A DNA stretch of 63,621 nucleotides, the filler included, from Platydemus manokwari (Eukaryota), in NCBI GenBank assembly GCA_037951405.1. It is 5 parts of 5 records of this genome, joined end to end, with 100 filler letters (N's around TTAATTAATTAA, not from the genome) between each part and the next. Parts side by side here need not be neighbours in the genome. Positions count along the whole stretch, not along the records: positions 43,436 to 53,340 come from JBBMOY011190655.1; positions 53,441 to 63,621 come from JBBMOY011160548.1; 3 more parts are not named here. One strand, 5' to 3'. This document shows, piece after piece, positions 51,771-63,621 of this stretch (position 1 is its first letter; each line of letters opens with the position of its first letter). The position numbers and the translations under genes were made by a program. Below the pieces are notes generated by a model, which worked only from the letters and a program-made list of their open reading frames with translations, did no database searches and had not been told where the DNA came from.

Positions 51771-53340
51771 ACTGAAATATAGAAATCTTATTTATTGAAG
51801 AGAAAAATTAATTAATAAAATCTTGATAATGTTCAAGCTAAAAATTCAAATTGAGAATATCAAATAGGCCATTTGAGTTTGATAAATGTCTTTCATAAAG
51901 TATATAAAAATTTTTCCATAAATTACACTAATTATAGAATTATAGTTATTAGAAAACATTCGTTTAATAAATATATCGATCGTTATATAAAAAATTGTGC
52001 AAAATTATAAAAATTATCTGAAACTCAAATTTGATAAAAATTGAATTGGTGATAACTTAAAATGTTGAAAAAAAAATTTTAATTTAAGTTTGATAGAGAA
52101 ATTATTTTAATGATACAACTAGTGGTCAAGAATTAAATGAAAAAGGAAATTAAAAATAAATTATGGCAATTATATTTTGTAAGATCATGAGAATAAAATT
52201 GCTGATTATATTTTGCTGGCTTTAGTTTTGAAATAAAAATTTTGTTTTACTTATATTATTTTACATTCTCCATATCTATATAATAAAACAGGGTCATAAT
52301 AAATAATTATTATAAAATGAAATATTAAAATTATATCAAACTTCATAATATGCTAAACATAATTAATGAACAACTTTATTCAATTTATTAAATTAATTCA
52401 AATTTATGTGCATTTTTTTTCTTTTTTATCCACCACACACCTTGGAAAAATCTCCCACAATTCGAATCAAGATACAAATATAACAGATAAATAATTAATG
52501 TAAATATAAAATATAATAATAATTTATAATTTTCTATAAAAATAATTAACTAATCAAAGTTAAATAAAAGGTAATTGAGAAACTTTCACTAATCAGCAAT
52601 TTGGATCATTGTGAATAATAAATTCAAGCGATTGTGATTTCTTGTGGAGTACATGAGCAATGTTTTAATTCATTTAGATAATTAACTTGTGTGTGCAATG
52701 AATAAACAGATCTCTTGAACGTGAAAATTGCTATAGAAATACTCAAAAAATTACTTCAAGTAAAAAGAAATAAGAAAATCATGCAATAAAAGTAATACTG
52801 GGCGGAGAGTTGACAATTGGGAACAATCTTGTAATAAATCATAAGAAATATATTTAGTTTGCAAAGACAGTTAATTGTTACGCATCATTACTCAATAAAT
52901 GACAAATCGAAACTTTGCGGATTTTATAAGAAGCTTAAGAATTACCATGAAAATTACTGAGAATACAGGCGCACAGTTAAATGTTCTCAATTAAATAGAC
53001 TTAGAAGAGATAATCGAAATCCCAAACCAAGACCTTTAGAACTAATTGATATTTCATTTATCCCAAATTCTAGAAAGATATTCATTTCGTAAAACAGATT
53101 ACCGTAATCACCCAAGTATAATGCTCCCATTTTCGTCTCAAATTTCAACATTAAAAATCGGGGAGTATTATACTTGAATATGTAAGAAATATCAAATTAT
53201 GTAATAATTGTGTAATAAGATAAGTATGTTTATTAACAATTTTTAAACGACAATCATTCTGATCCCCAACAAGCATGACTGACACGCCAGAATTTAAAAG
53301 AAAGAGATCTTGTTATGAAGCTTCCTTCAAGCTTAAAGTC

Positions 53341-53440
53341 NNNNNNNNNNNNNNNNNNNNNNNNNNNNNNNNNNNNNNNNNNNNTTAATTAATTAANNNN
53401 NNNNNNNNNNNNNNNNNNNNNNNNNNNNNNNNNNNNNNNN
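53341..53440. other. Artificial contig spacer
   Basis: 44N-TTAATTAATTAA-44N. Confidence 0.97.
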
Positions 53441-53816
53441 TTGTGTTAATAAAATACCTGCATAAAAACATGAATAACTTTTGACTCAACCTGGTATATA
53501 TATATATATATATATATAATTGGTTTCTTTACATACTATTCGAATTTGTTTTGGTTTCCCGTCCATATGTTTACTTATAGATTTTGATATACAAATAATT
53601 CAAATATATCTGATGTCAAATTGTTATTGTCGACTGACATCTTTTCTTTTTAAGTTCGATTTAATTAAAAATGATTTTTGTTCAATTTCATAAATTTTTT
53701 AAAAATAAATTTTTTTGCTAAAAGTTTTGGATTTTGCCTACTATTTTATATTAAATTGCAATATTTGTGATATTTTTTATTTTGATTATAAAAATTGTCA
53801 TTATTTTGTTATACAG

Positions 53817-56800
53817 AAAGGAGCTTAAAGGAACAGGTCAACTTTCACACAAATATATTTTACTTATCGGCTGTTGGCCATCACTATGGTATTGTTGCAA
53901 GTATTCGCAAACAGAGTCGTAGATCTAATGCCATTCAATCACTTGAGCGAAGCATTACTGAAATAACAAGAATTTTAGATTCTAATCAGTTTACAAATAG
54001 TCAAATTCAAGTTCATCACAACACTCTATCTCGTTACAAATCAATGGTCAGTTATCAAAAACGTGCAATATTGTGCTCACAAGTAGTATTGTTTCACGAT
54101 GTGTACTTACGATCTAGTCTCGAATTTTATATTCAAGTTGCTCAAATTCTTTCATCGACAATTGGATCAGATATATCTGCACTATGTACCCCAATCACGA
54201 GTGTATCTCCTAGCTTTAGTTCTATGCCACAGTTTCTGTTAGATGATATGGCTGACTTCCTTTTATTTCTTATTTCTAAGAAACCTCACGTATTTAGTTA
54301 TATAAATTATTTGTATGATCTTTGTAGTTTCATTATCTTTATTTCTACACACTCGTCCTTAGTAAAGTCACCTTATTTGGTTGCTAAATTCGTTGAAGTT
54401 ATATTTTCCTGTTTACCAAGTGTCAATAACAATTCTAGTCTTCATTCTATCTTTCAATGTTTCATTAACCATTATTCTGTTACTAGTGGATTTCTTACTA
54501 ATCGTCTAATTCAATTCTATATCGACGTAGAAAAAACTGGAGCAACCAGTGAATTTTATGATAAATTTTCTATACGCTTCAAAATTTCGATTATTTTTCG
54601 ATCTCTTTGGAAACATGGTAGTCAAATGAAAATACATTTACTAAATGAAGTTGCCATTAATTTGGATCAGTTCGTCAAGTTTATTAATAGAGCAATGAAT
54701 GATATGGTATACTTGCTAGACGAGTCTATAACAGCTTTAAAGCGAATAAGAACTAATCAAGAGAAAAAGAATGATAAACATCAATGGGCGCAGTTAACTA
54801 GACAAGAACAAGCTGTTATTTTACAGCAACTGAATCATGATGAAAGAAGCACAAAGTCGCAACTGACTTTGGCTGATGTAACTGTTGAAATGCTCTATGA
54901 TTTTACTAATGAAATCAAAGATCCATTTCTTTGTTCGGAACTTGTAGAGAAATTGGCAGCGATGCTCAATTCGTTTTTACTTGAACTAGTTGGACCTAAA
55001 TGCAGAGATTTAAAAGTGCATGAACCCGAAAAATATAACTGGAATCCGAAAAAACTTTTGCAAAATATTGTACGAATTTATCTTAATCTGGACTCACCAA
55101 CTTTAATCGAGGCAATTTCTAATGAAGAGCGATTTTATTCTTCGGAATTATTTATTAATGCCATTTCCAAATTGGATAATTATAATATCATAAGCAAGCA
55201 TGAATTAGAACATTTGGAAATATTTCGACAAAAGGTAAAACTTAGAGATCTTTATAAATTTATTGTAAACTACTTATTTTCTAACGTCAATTTATGTATT
55301 GAAAAATTATTGATATTTCCTAAAATTACTTCAATGAAAAATAACTTGTTCTTATAATATTATTGATTTTTAATTTGCACACGAATATTTCAATTGAACT
55401 ATATATTATATTCGTGATTATGTTCTAAATATTTATTAAACTTTATGTATTTCATTGCTTTTATAATTACTTTTTTGAAATAATATTGCATATTCTGGCT
55501 ACAATTATGAAAAGGAGTCCTAAAATAATATTTTAAATTTACTGACTATTGCAAAAATCTGTTTAATTAATTAATTTATTTTTTAAAATATTTTGAATTT
55601 TTTATTTAAGTACTTAAGATGAGCTTTAGTTGTTTGAATTAAAATATTGAATACACTGGAGCTCCAAAATCTCCCAAAATTCGATTTTTTTGAAAAACGA
55701 ATTAAGGTTGATAAAGTTACAATTTATTTTTGAAAATTTGTGTGGAGTCCCTTTTAATATTAGAAGCAAATCGAGATTATTTGTATACAAATAAGTAATA
55801 TCTGATTATTAAACGTGTCTGTATTTAACTAAAATTAAATTAAAAACCCAAAAATCCATATAGAAGAATTGTGATGAGAACTTGGTTTAAAATTTTATTT
55901 AGTTCCTAAATGTGGATTTCAACAAATAAATCAGCTTTCATAAAATAAAATTTATTGTGATATAAAATTTGATGATTTCCTGATGTCTTCTCCTTTCTAT
56001 TTCAAAGTCGAGTTGTGACAATCACAGAGGAAAGCATTGTAAGATAAATATAAAACTTAAACGTTATTAAAAATATTCAATCGACACTAAATTGTGATTG
56101 TTTTTCTGATAGAATTACGCTGTTTTCTAAGTCAAAATATGATAGAAATATCATTATAAATCAATTTTGAAATTAAATAATACACGAAAAATCATTACAT
56201 TAAAATTAGGTCGAAGGACTTTTTCTTAATTTAAGCCCTTATTCTACAAATCTTTGTTATTTGAATATGTTTGATTTTAAAAATTGCATTTAGATGTAAA
56301 CGTCGGACTACATAAATAAATCTTGTTATTAGATAATTATTATATATCATTTTTACTTGGATTTTTGGTAATAATGTTTAATAATTCCATATCATTACTA
56401 CATATTTTGATTAAAGATTAAATCTACTATTTACTAAGAACAAAGGTTATTTTTTCCAATTGATAATTAAAATATTTTCTAATCATTTGTAGATTTTTAT
56501 AAAAAAATCTTTTAAAAATTTATGTCTAATTCCTCAAACTGTCAAATAGACTCGATTCGTTCGATTTAAAGGACACGAACAGAACAACTATGTTATTAAG
56601 AGAAATTTTAAATTTTACTTTTAATCACAAAAGATAAGGAAATCAGAGATTCTTACTTTTAATATACTTTTTTGTACACTTTTTGAATACTTTTATTTCG
56701 ACACGGCTTCCACTGAATAGAATAGAAAAATGTCTCCAATTTAGCACAAGGGTTTTACTTATTAGTTGAAGTTACAATTGGATTAATTCTTAAATCGATT

Positions 56801-58146
56801 TTTCCTCTTTTCACTTTATTTTCAAATCACTATTTTTTGCCATAGCATTAATGACAGCAAAATAAGAATTCACTGATTGATTCAGCCAATCGTATGAAGC
56901 AATACAATAAAATTGTGTATTTATTAATTGAATAATATGATTTTTAGTTTTTTATTTGAAGTGTAGGCTTTTTAAGCTTCAAATATTTATCGAAGTATAT
57001 TAATTAGACATAAAAACCGATTTTGGTATTTTTCAAATAAATATTATTTATTTTTAAATTTGCACTAAATTCTTAGGTCGAGAATTTGGTAAAACAGCGG
57101 GAAACAGAAGATGCTTTTACAGATAACGTGCCACCAGAATATCTTGATCCTATTATGAGTTGTATTATGAAAGATCCAGTGATGCTTCCTCAATCCAAAA
57201 TTATTGTTGACAAAAGTGTTATTAAACGCCATTTGCTCAATGATGATTGTGATCCGTTTACCAGACAGCCATTAAAGCTTGAAGATCTCATCCCACGTAT
57301 GTTACTAATCTAATTTTTCAAGTAGTATGAATCATTATTAGATTTGTTAAATATCACTGTGTGCTCTAACTTTATTCATAAAATTTTATTGATTATTTTC
57401 GTTATTAATCTAGCAGTTACAAATAATATTTTATATTTTTCTAAAATAATTGTAGTTTCGAAACATAAATTTTAAATAACAAAAGTTAAAATGGGAACCA
57501 ATAATCTTACAAATGAAAAATAACTAAATCTATTCATTTGATGTTAATATTCATGGTAATGAATTTTTGAATTCATCATAACACTTTCTACTTGATTGTT
57601 AGGAAACTTCAATTCAAATTCAAGTTTTAAAATGTCTATTATCGATATATATGTACTTTTGCCGATTTATGTCAATTATATGCGTTGTAATTTTAGAATG
57701 TACTTAGGTGATTTGATAAAATTATAAAGCTTTGATCAAGGCGGAAATGCTTTTTGGCTTATGTATGTCATCAGCTTTATTTGATTGATATCATTCAGTT
57801 GTCAGTTACTAAGTGTTAAATATTTCATTGTTTCTTTTCATTTGATATATTATCTACAGAATAATCATCATGTTCTACAATCGTTAACAAATACGATATC
57901 AATGTTGTGAGTTTTTTAGTTACTATAATATCTAGAAGACCAATAAGTAAATTCTTCTAATTTTGCTTTTTCTAAAATTATTTTTCATTCTAAAATATAT
58001 AATATATTCTTGAATTGATAATCATTAATTTTATTGTTTTTTGTAATTTCTATTTTTAGTAATTTTCATTAATTACAGAACCGTATCTTCAAAAGGAAAT
58101 TCAAGATTGGAAAATAAATCAAAGGAAAGTTAAAAAGCAGTTTTAA
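53817..58146 (+). CDS. UBE4B: Ubiquitin conjugation factor E4 B (Ufd2 core + U-box), 3' part; exons 53817-55234, 57077-57296, 58079-58146
   Basis: PYLVAKFVEV, DVEKTGATSEFYDKFSIR, LLDESI, LAAMLN..GPKCRDLKV..PEKYNWNPK; U-box VPPEYLDPIMSCIMKDPVMLP..IKRHLLND..DPFTRQPL..LIP|QPYLQKEIQDW; GT-AG introns of phase 0 and 1. Confidence 0.93.
55330..56910 (+). pseudogene. Decayed Ufd2-core-like echo inside the UBE4B intron
   Basis: Colinear fragments DDF/PDVFSFLF (~55970), KC..YNW (56728-56781), AIA..SLIDSANRMKQY (56839-56906), paralleling DDMADFLLFL, KCRDLKVHEPEKYNW and AIS..ELFINAISKLDNY in the live exon. Confidence 0.35.
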
Positions 58147-58879
58147 AAATGTCCTGTCAATCTTGTATCATATTGACATGATTAGTAGGTCCCCCAATCA
58201 ACAGTTTGTATTTATTTTTGAGTCGAAATAAAATATTCGGGAGTAACTTTTTTTACTTGTTATATGCGTATCTTGATATTAATAACAAACTTCACAGTGT
58301 GTTAGATTAATGCATAATTATACTCAATAGCGTAAGCTCTTGTCTTTCTTGTCTAATTTAGGGTAGCACATAATTAATGTTCATAACAAAAATCAAAATA
58401 ATTTTTATAAGTATTGGTATTCTCTGGTAGTTTTATATGTAGTATATTATTGTGTTAATTAATTGATTATTTTTAAACCCTTGTATTTTCTATTTATATA
58501 ATCAGAAGAGCAAATATAATTTAATACTTTTATTCAAGCAAGAACTGATAGAAAAATCAAAATTAGCTCTTTCACATTAACTTTGTGAAAAAAGAGGAAA
58601 TTGCCAAGATCGAAAGTGCTATCAAATACTTCATTTTTTTAAAATTTAAGTTTTTAAAATTTAAAATATATAATGACATGATTTGTAATAATTCAAGAGT
58701 TTTTTTAAAAAAGTTTCTCACCAGATTTCTACGTTCCAAATTCGATTATATTTGCTTTGAATATATTCCTCAAAGTTCAAATTATATCTGAATCAAATTT
58801 TATAAATCTTAAGTTTTTAAGCGATTTGTGCAGTACTTGAATACCTGTTTATGCTGTGATTTTTAATGTTAATTTAATG

Positions 58880-60140
58880 AGGATTTTGTTATACAATTTT
58901 ATTTTATTTCAAATCCCCCACTGTAAGTTCTAGCTTCTTTTTAATTTTCTTGATTTGGTCCCCTTTTTTACCGATATCCCCTAATAATTCGTACATTTTT
59001 ATGCACTTTTTCCTTAATCGCTTTTTTATTCCGGACAGTATTTCTTTAGAGATGTTTTTCTTGTCTTTACATTTCGGTATTCTTGAGATAAATCTAACTT
59101 TGACATTCAAAGACTCATGCTCCTCTTCGATTAAATTTACCATATCTACCTGCACCAGCCCAGGATCGATCGTTTTGACCTAACTTCTTTCTTAATGTTA
59201 ACCACTGTCAACGTCAGCCTTTATGACTCTTGGATGACCGTAATGCCAAGTGCAACATTTTTACTAAAGTATATTGTTTTTAATTCTCCTACACCAAATT
59301 TATCCCTAAACACTTCCAAAACAAACACGACATTGAAATCCCGTTCAATTTTACGATTCCATTTCACGACAATAGACCACTTTTTGGTTTATACATTTTA
59401 ACAATAACCTTTGGAACTTTTATACTGTTGACACAAAAAATCCTGTGACCGTTTTCTCTAATAACCAGAAAAAAACTTGACCACTTTTTCCAGAATTTGC
59501 TTGAGGTGAAACACACTTTAAAGTTGCTCTAATCCATTGTCGAGAACTAGCTTGGGCAGATTTTTCAATTTCGAATGTCAATTACTTCACGCCTCTATAC
59601 TCCTCGACCTTCGAGATGAAACCAATAAAACCATTTCCTATATCGTTATTTTGAAGTAAACTAATTTCAAAAATATGAACCCATTCATTACTTCATCTGT
59701 TCATTCATCGTCGCATGAAGTCATCAAATATTTGGAACTCTAATTCCGGACCTATCTCAAATATTGCAATCTCTGCGCTTAAACTCACCGATTTACCAGC
59801 AAATAATCAATCATATTTCAGTTATCCATTTTGCTAAATCTTCATTGTACTATTTTAAACTTCGCCACATGTATACTCTCCACCATAAAAAAATCATTCG
59901 TAAAATCTTACAATCCTATCCCATTTATCGATCAAATTATTTCACATTATAATTCCAGATCCATCACATCTATCCACTGAACTCTCCATCTCTGCTTCAC
60001 ATTGAAGATAATTTCAACTTGAAATTGATTATAATTGAAGAAATTTACACCTTTTCGAAACTCTCCAACCCTGTCCGAAAATAATAATAAACATAAAGTA
60101 GATCACACATGTAGCATTGAAAGAAACTCGCACAGACTCA
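58880..60140 (-). mobile_element. Decayed LINE ORF2 (AP-endonuclease region) relic
   Basis: Purine-rich coding-like minus strand with LCEFL and IGEFKRR (GDFNAR-like) remnants; many stops. Confidence 0.35.
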
Positions 60141-61703
60141 CTGTGATTTCCTGTAAGATAAAATTGTATAATAATAGAAATAAAAATAAATGTTATTAAG
60201 GCTAAAACGTAACAGAATATTGATTATAATTCTCCGGATTATTCATAAGATTGTCGGAATAGAAGGAGTACTTATATAGACCAAGAATACATATCGTCTC
60301 AGATTATTTTAGATGTTAAAAATGACAGATTTCTTCAATCGGGTAAATTGAGGAATCGACGGACTAGTCTAAACACCCCCTGATGTCGCTTGACATTAAG
60401 TGAGAGATAAGAAACATGGGCAAAATACATATGAAAATCACTCAATATCAACGTTATAACAACAGAATACTTTCTTAACAAAGTTGCTCTCATTGACGAG
60501 GAATATATTAAGCTTAGCACAACGGAAAAACGACAAGCTTGACTGCCGACGAAGTCATTATGATTATACAATTAAATCAAACATTCCGACTAATAATAAT
60601 AGCGAAGAATTGTGATTTGTTGCTCGCTAACCGTTTTTGCAAATACTAAAATCCAATATTTCGATGAATAATGTTTGTCGTCTGTCACTTACTTTAATCA
60701 AGGATCATTTCATCTAGCAAACGGAATAACTTTTGCATATCTGAATTTTGTCACTATTACTCTAATGCTACTTGACAATGGTGTGTTTTATTTTAATACA
60801 ATTAATTGCTCTGACTACTTTAAACCATTTTGACTTTTTGTGACGAGAATATAAGATAATTTAATATTTCGTTGAACTTGGAATTCAAAGAGTCAAAAGA
60901 TTAAATCAAATGACTTGAAATCTCTGACCAAAAGTCTCAATTAAGAAAAATCTATCGAATTTATTGAAACACACAATATAATGGGTTGGTACGCTTAAAC
61001 ACAGCATAATATGTGGAATATATTCACCCACGAGATCTCGATGTCAATATCGTCATGTTTTTAATCAATGTACTGATAGCAGATATCACAATAGCGTGAA
61101 AGATATAAAATCTACCTTATTCGAGAGCTGCTTTTTTCATAACTAACAATTTTCTTAGAGCACTTTTGATTTTCCTAGTTTGAATAAAATAGGTCAATGT
61201 GGGAAATAGCAACTATATTTTGATAATCATACAACTCAGAGTATTTACTGCCCTGTACATCTTTTCACGAATATCTGGGTGGTTTAATATGTTTTTGATC
61301 AATCTCATATTCAAATATAGTTGAATATAGAATAACCATTACGAAGATTTCTGATAGGTTGCTAGTTGATTTCAGTGCAGTTATTCTATTGATATAGTAG
61401 AAATTATTATGCTAAAGTTGAAACAGAAAACAATATTATTGCTGTATTAACCACTATGTCTAATAATATTTGGATATCATCGACACCAATTTTCTTATTG
61501 GTAATCTCATTAGCATTAATAACTGCAGACTCAATTGAAAAAATAACTGAGTTAGTGAACCAACAAAAATAATACCTTAGAGAAGGAGAAGCCTAGCTTA
61601 ATCTCCACAAGAAGTAAGATCTCAGCAGTGACTGTGTGTCACCACTAGTAACAAGTGGTCGCTTTGAAGCAAAAGTCATTGAAGATATTAGCAAAGTCAT
61701 ATA

Positions 61704-62078
61704 TTGGGTTGGTGTATAAGTTCGTGCGATTTTTTGCAATTATGAAAAATGCATACAGATCAAGAATAAAAACTATGCAAAAAATTCCAGATAACAAAAT
61801 GAATTTATGAAATCATTAGTAAAAACAAATATCTTAGTTTCAATCGGGAAATATTCTCTGTCACAATCAATCACTTCCTTCCACCGTCCTGGCAATTTTT
61901 CAATCCCACGTTTGAAGAAGCTTGGTGATTTTTGGTCGAAAATTTCTTCAATCCACGTTGTTATTGCTTCTTCTTTTTCAAATGTGAGACCAGAAAGGTG
62001 GCTCGACATGGAGCGGAAAATATGAAAATCTGTCAGGGCTAAGTCGGGCGAATCTGGAGGATGGGGTAGAACTTCCCT
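61704..62078 (-). mobile_element. Mariner (DD34D) transposon 3' fragment with TIR
   Basis: EVLPHPPDSPDLALTDFHIFRSM..FFKRGIEKLPGRWKEVI (YSPDLAP.D motif); TA followed by TTGGGTTGGTGTATAAGTTCGTGCG, a mariner-type TIR. Confidence 0.9.
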
Positions 62079-62552
62079 GTTTATAATATAGAGGTACAGA
62101 GCTAAAACAAAATTTTCATTTGACTAAAACAAATAATTTAAAACACAGAATCTAGTGGGTATGCACTTTGGCACCCTAAAACATGAAAACATAATGTAAA
62201 ACAAAATATTACCAACATACTTACTATAAAGTGAATTAAAACAAAATTTTGTGTAATTTTACATTTTTCACCTTTTTATACTCGTTGATAATTATAATTA
62301 ATTATAATATAATTATTATTTTTAATTACCACGATCATCCATCATATTCGGAGCTCAATCTCTAATTCATTATGAATTGGATTTCTTCAAGTTTTCTTAC
62401 TCCAACTGGATGTATCCTGACAGTAATTATGCATCAAAATTTATTGCCAGTGGATTTTGGCCACAATATAGTAATCCTGGGTTTTGGATTACTTGATGAA
62501 TTGATCTCTAAATTAGTATATAAACGGATCGCTATTTTATAGACTTTTTTTA

Positions 62553-62596
62553 GTCCTATCTGTCTCTGATGATGCCACGGAAGGCTGAAATAGGAC
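62553..62596 (+). ncRNA. Type III hammerhead ribozyme motif, copy 1 (stem I deleted)
   Basis: GTCCTA-TC-tgtct-CTGATGA-t-GCC-acggaa-GGC-t-GAAA-TAGGAC: perfect stem III, AUC cleavage triplet, intact core boxes. Confidence 0.65.
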
Positions 62597-62663
62597 ACTA
62601 TTCGCATCATAAATTCACTATTATCATAATTTCAGTTATCATTCTTGAAGGCTCCGAGAGATC

Positions 62664-62721
62664 GTCCTATATATCTAGGAATCAAGATACTGATGAGGCA
62701 TACGGAGGTCCGAAGTAGGAC
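62664..62721 (+). ncRNA. Type III hammerhead ribozyme motif, copy 2
   Basis: GTCCTA-TA-TATCT-aggaatca-AGATA-CTGATGA-GG-catacggaggt-CC-GAAG-TAGGAC: perfect 6-bp stem III and 5-bp stem I; GAAA changed to GAAG and stem II weakened. Confidence 0.75.
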
Positions 62722-62829
62722 TAAGTTTCACCAAAAGGTAGTTTATTTATTTATTTATTTAATATTTTGACCACTTAACAATATCGTGAAATTATTTCCC
62801 TCTCTTTTTGCCATGACTCAGTATTTTGC

Positions 62830-63100
62830 TGATAGTCGCCTATTGCATCAAGCGGTTTGCTAAAATTCCTGTGAATATTTCATAACTCGTATCCTGGAGT
62901 ACTATCGGCTGCTAGTTCAAAATCTTTCTGTAATCAGGTTTATCTAATTTCCGAATCAGAGAGAATATAAATTACTTCAACTCAGTGGGTACTTTTCCAC
63001 TCTAAAATCTGATTAAAAATTCTGTTCAAATACTGGATAAATATAAGCAGTTATTATCATTGTGATTATGGAATCAATCGTTACCGCCATAAGTATAATG
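62830..63100 (-). mobile_element. Decayed LINE reverse-transcriptase N-terminal fragment
   Basis: SGKVPTELK*FIFSLIRKLDKPDYRKILN*QPIVLQDTSYEIFTGILANRL matches the G..P..WK...I.K..NYRPI.L..YKI...ILANRL motif. Confidence 0.75.
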
Positions 63101-63621
63101 AACTGGAGAATGTAACAATATCCTTGTATGAGATTTTTTCTATTGAATTGATTCGTGGAATTCTTCACTTTATTGATATTACAAAAATGATTATAAAATG
63201 TCACTAAATTAAATTAATCGATTGACAACAGCCAATCGACACATGCAATTCTTTTATCACCCATGGTTTAAAAACTCCTGATTGCTGGATGCTCTCAAGA
63301 AAAAATCTCTTTTGTAGTCAGAGTTTTCTCAAAATTATTAAATTCCAATTTCAGAATGATTATCGAGACAGTTTTTGTCGAATTCTCATGAATAAAGTCG
63401 TGATTCATTTTGTTTATATGACATTAAAAATTACTTTTATAATTATCAAAATAATTTTTGTAATAATAAAGTTTTAAATTAATTCTTTCATTCAATTATT
63501 TGGAATCTTGAATTTAATATTAGGTGTATTAGTATGATTCCGGCTTTTTTTAAAAAAACAAAAACATTTTTTAAAATATTTATTTAATGAAATTCAATCA
63601 AAATATTTTCCATTTGCAGAT

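Noticed and set aside
20468-53440. Repeated TTAATTAATTAA palindromes between N runs; gene neighbourhoods across them
   Set aside because: Artificial 100-nt concatenation spacers, so adjacency across them has no biological meaning.
60300-61600. HNGKTT as the Walker A of a helicase relic
   Set aside because: Single weak motif with no Walker B or ORF support.
1-63621. CRISPR arrays, tRNA, rRNA, operons
   Set aside because: No repeat-spacer array or recognisable structured tRNA/rRNA was seen; the sequence is intron-containing eukaryotic DNA.

Overview
AT-rich eukaryotic (animal) nuclear DNA with GT-AG introns, many only 47-60 nt; a flatworm origin is plausible but cannot be shown from this window. 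It is not one locus: four 100-nt artificial spacers (44 N + TTAATTAATTAA + 44 N) join five contigs (1-20467, 20568-29611, 29712-43335, 43436-53340, 53441-63621). Intact genes or exons: class I myosin (MYO1D-like, 5' exons), a head-to-head pair of unrecognised secreted Asn-rich repeat proteins, ASH1L, RAD1 (3' exons) and UBE4B/Ufd2 (3' exons). The rest is decayed material: a Polinton/adintovirus virion module, Ty3/gypsy, LINE, Penelope, Tc1/mariner and hAT relics, an NPC1-like pseudogene and a small secreted-protein family. Most notable observations: (1) the large introns of all four conserved genes appear to carry decayed, same-strand, colinear echoes of the host gene's own protein family; (2) two tandem type III hammerhead ribozyme motifs; (3) the divergent secreted repeat-protein pair; (4) GGAC-GAA-GTCC mini-hairpins scattered through the viral relic. 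All homology calls are by-eye motif recognition; no searches were run.
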